Assembly: GCA_035546035.1 (NCBI GenBank)
Contig: DASZXC010000001.1
Location: forward strand, 19,538 to 83,537
DNA from: Minisyncoccota bacterium
GTDB lineage: Bacteria; Patescibacteriota; Minisyncoccia; Phycocordibacterales; UBA6065
Length of the DNA stretch: 64,000 nt
Direction of reading: 5' to 3'
The position numbers were made by a program, and so were the translations under genes. The notes below the pieces were generated by a model, which had not been told where the DNA came from, searched no databases, and saw nothing but the letters and a program-made list of their open reading frames with translations. Of this stretch, positions 63,956 to 64,000 are shown piece by piece; the stretch's first letter is position 1, and every line of letters starts with the position of its first letter.

Positions 63956-64000
63956 AATCGGTACGATGTCAATATCGTACTCTGTATGGAGGCTTCGGTC

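Noticed and set aside
1-64000. CRISPR arrays, rRNA genes, transposases or IS elements, integrases
   Set aside because: I searched by eye for direct-repeat arrays, rRNA-like conserved blocks, and DDE or tyrosine-recombinase ORFs, and found none. The only notable repeat is the 42-nt terminator hairpin reported in the findings.

Overview
This 64 kb window is a ~58-60% GC, very gene-dense bacterial chromosome segment in which nearly every gene is on the minus strand. It carries a core housekeeping set. There is a ribosomal-protein/rpoA operon fragment (infA-rpmJ-rpsM-rpsK-rpsD-rpoA-rplQ-rplM-rpsI), the grpE-dnaK-dnaJ chaperone operon, and seven aminoacyl-tRNA synthetases (gltX, aspS, trpS, hisS, alaS, leuS, plus a truncated-looking AlaRS). 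There are cell-wall genes (murG, ftsW/rodA, ddl, mltG, an M23 peptidase, a D,D-carboxypeptidase), scpAB, uvrA/uvrC, ychF, zwf and mnmA. I also see two tRNA-Ala genes (GGC and UGC) and a candidate RNase P RNA. I found no rRNA, CRISPR array or transposase. Shortened multidomain proteins (AlaRS lacking the C-terminal domain, a short UvrC), an L27 gene without L21, the loss of secY-adk-map upstream of infA, and orphan sigma-70 region-4 and histidine-kinase genes suggest a reduced-genome lineage, possibly Patescibacteria/CPR-like; this is inference only. The most unusual points are these. (1) A complete Nudix hydrolase domain is embedded in the editing (CP1) region of LeuRS. (2) A tightly overlapping minus-strand operon encodes an ATP-cone Mrr-like nuclease, a Cas4-like PD-(D/E)xK Fe-S nuclease and a minimal Ogt/MGMT, next to a small ORF and a family-4 UDG; it may be a DNA-damage or defence module. 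(3) An identical 42-nt hairpin terminator module sits at two ribosomal-protein gene ends. (4) Two low-GC islets look horizontally acquired: a 2TM-protein pair, and a plus-strand orphan gene preceded by a perfect palindrome. (5) An FtsA/PilM-like ATPase plus a bitopic membrane protein are inserted into the ribosomal superoperon. All coordinates that I derived by hand (RNAs, promoters, terminators) may be off by a few nucleotides.
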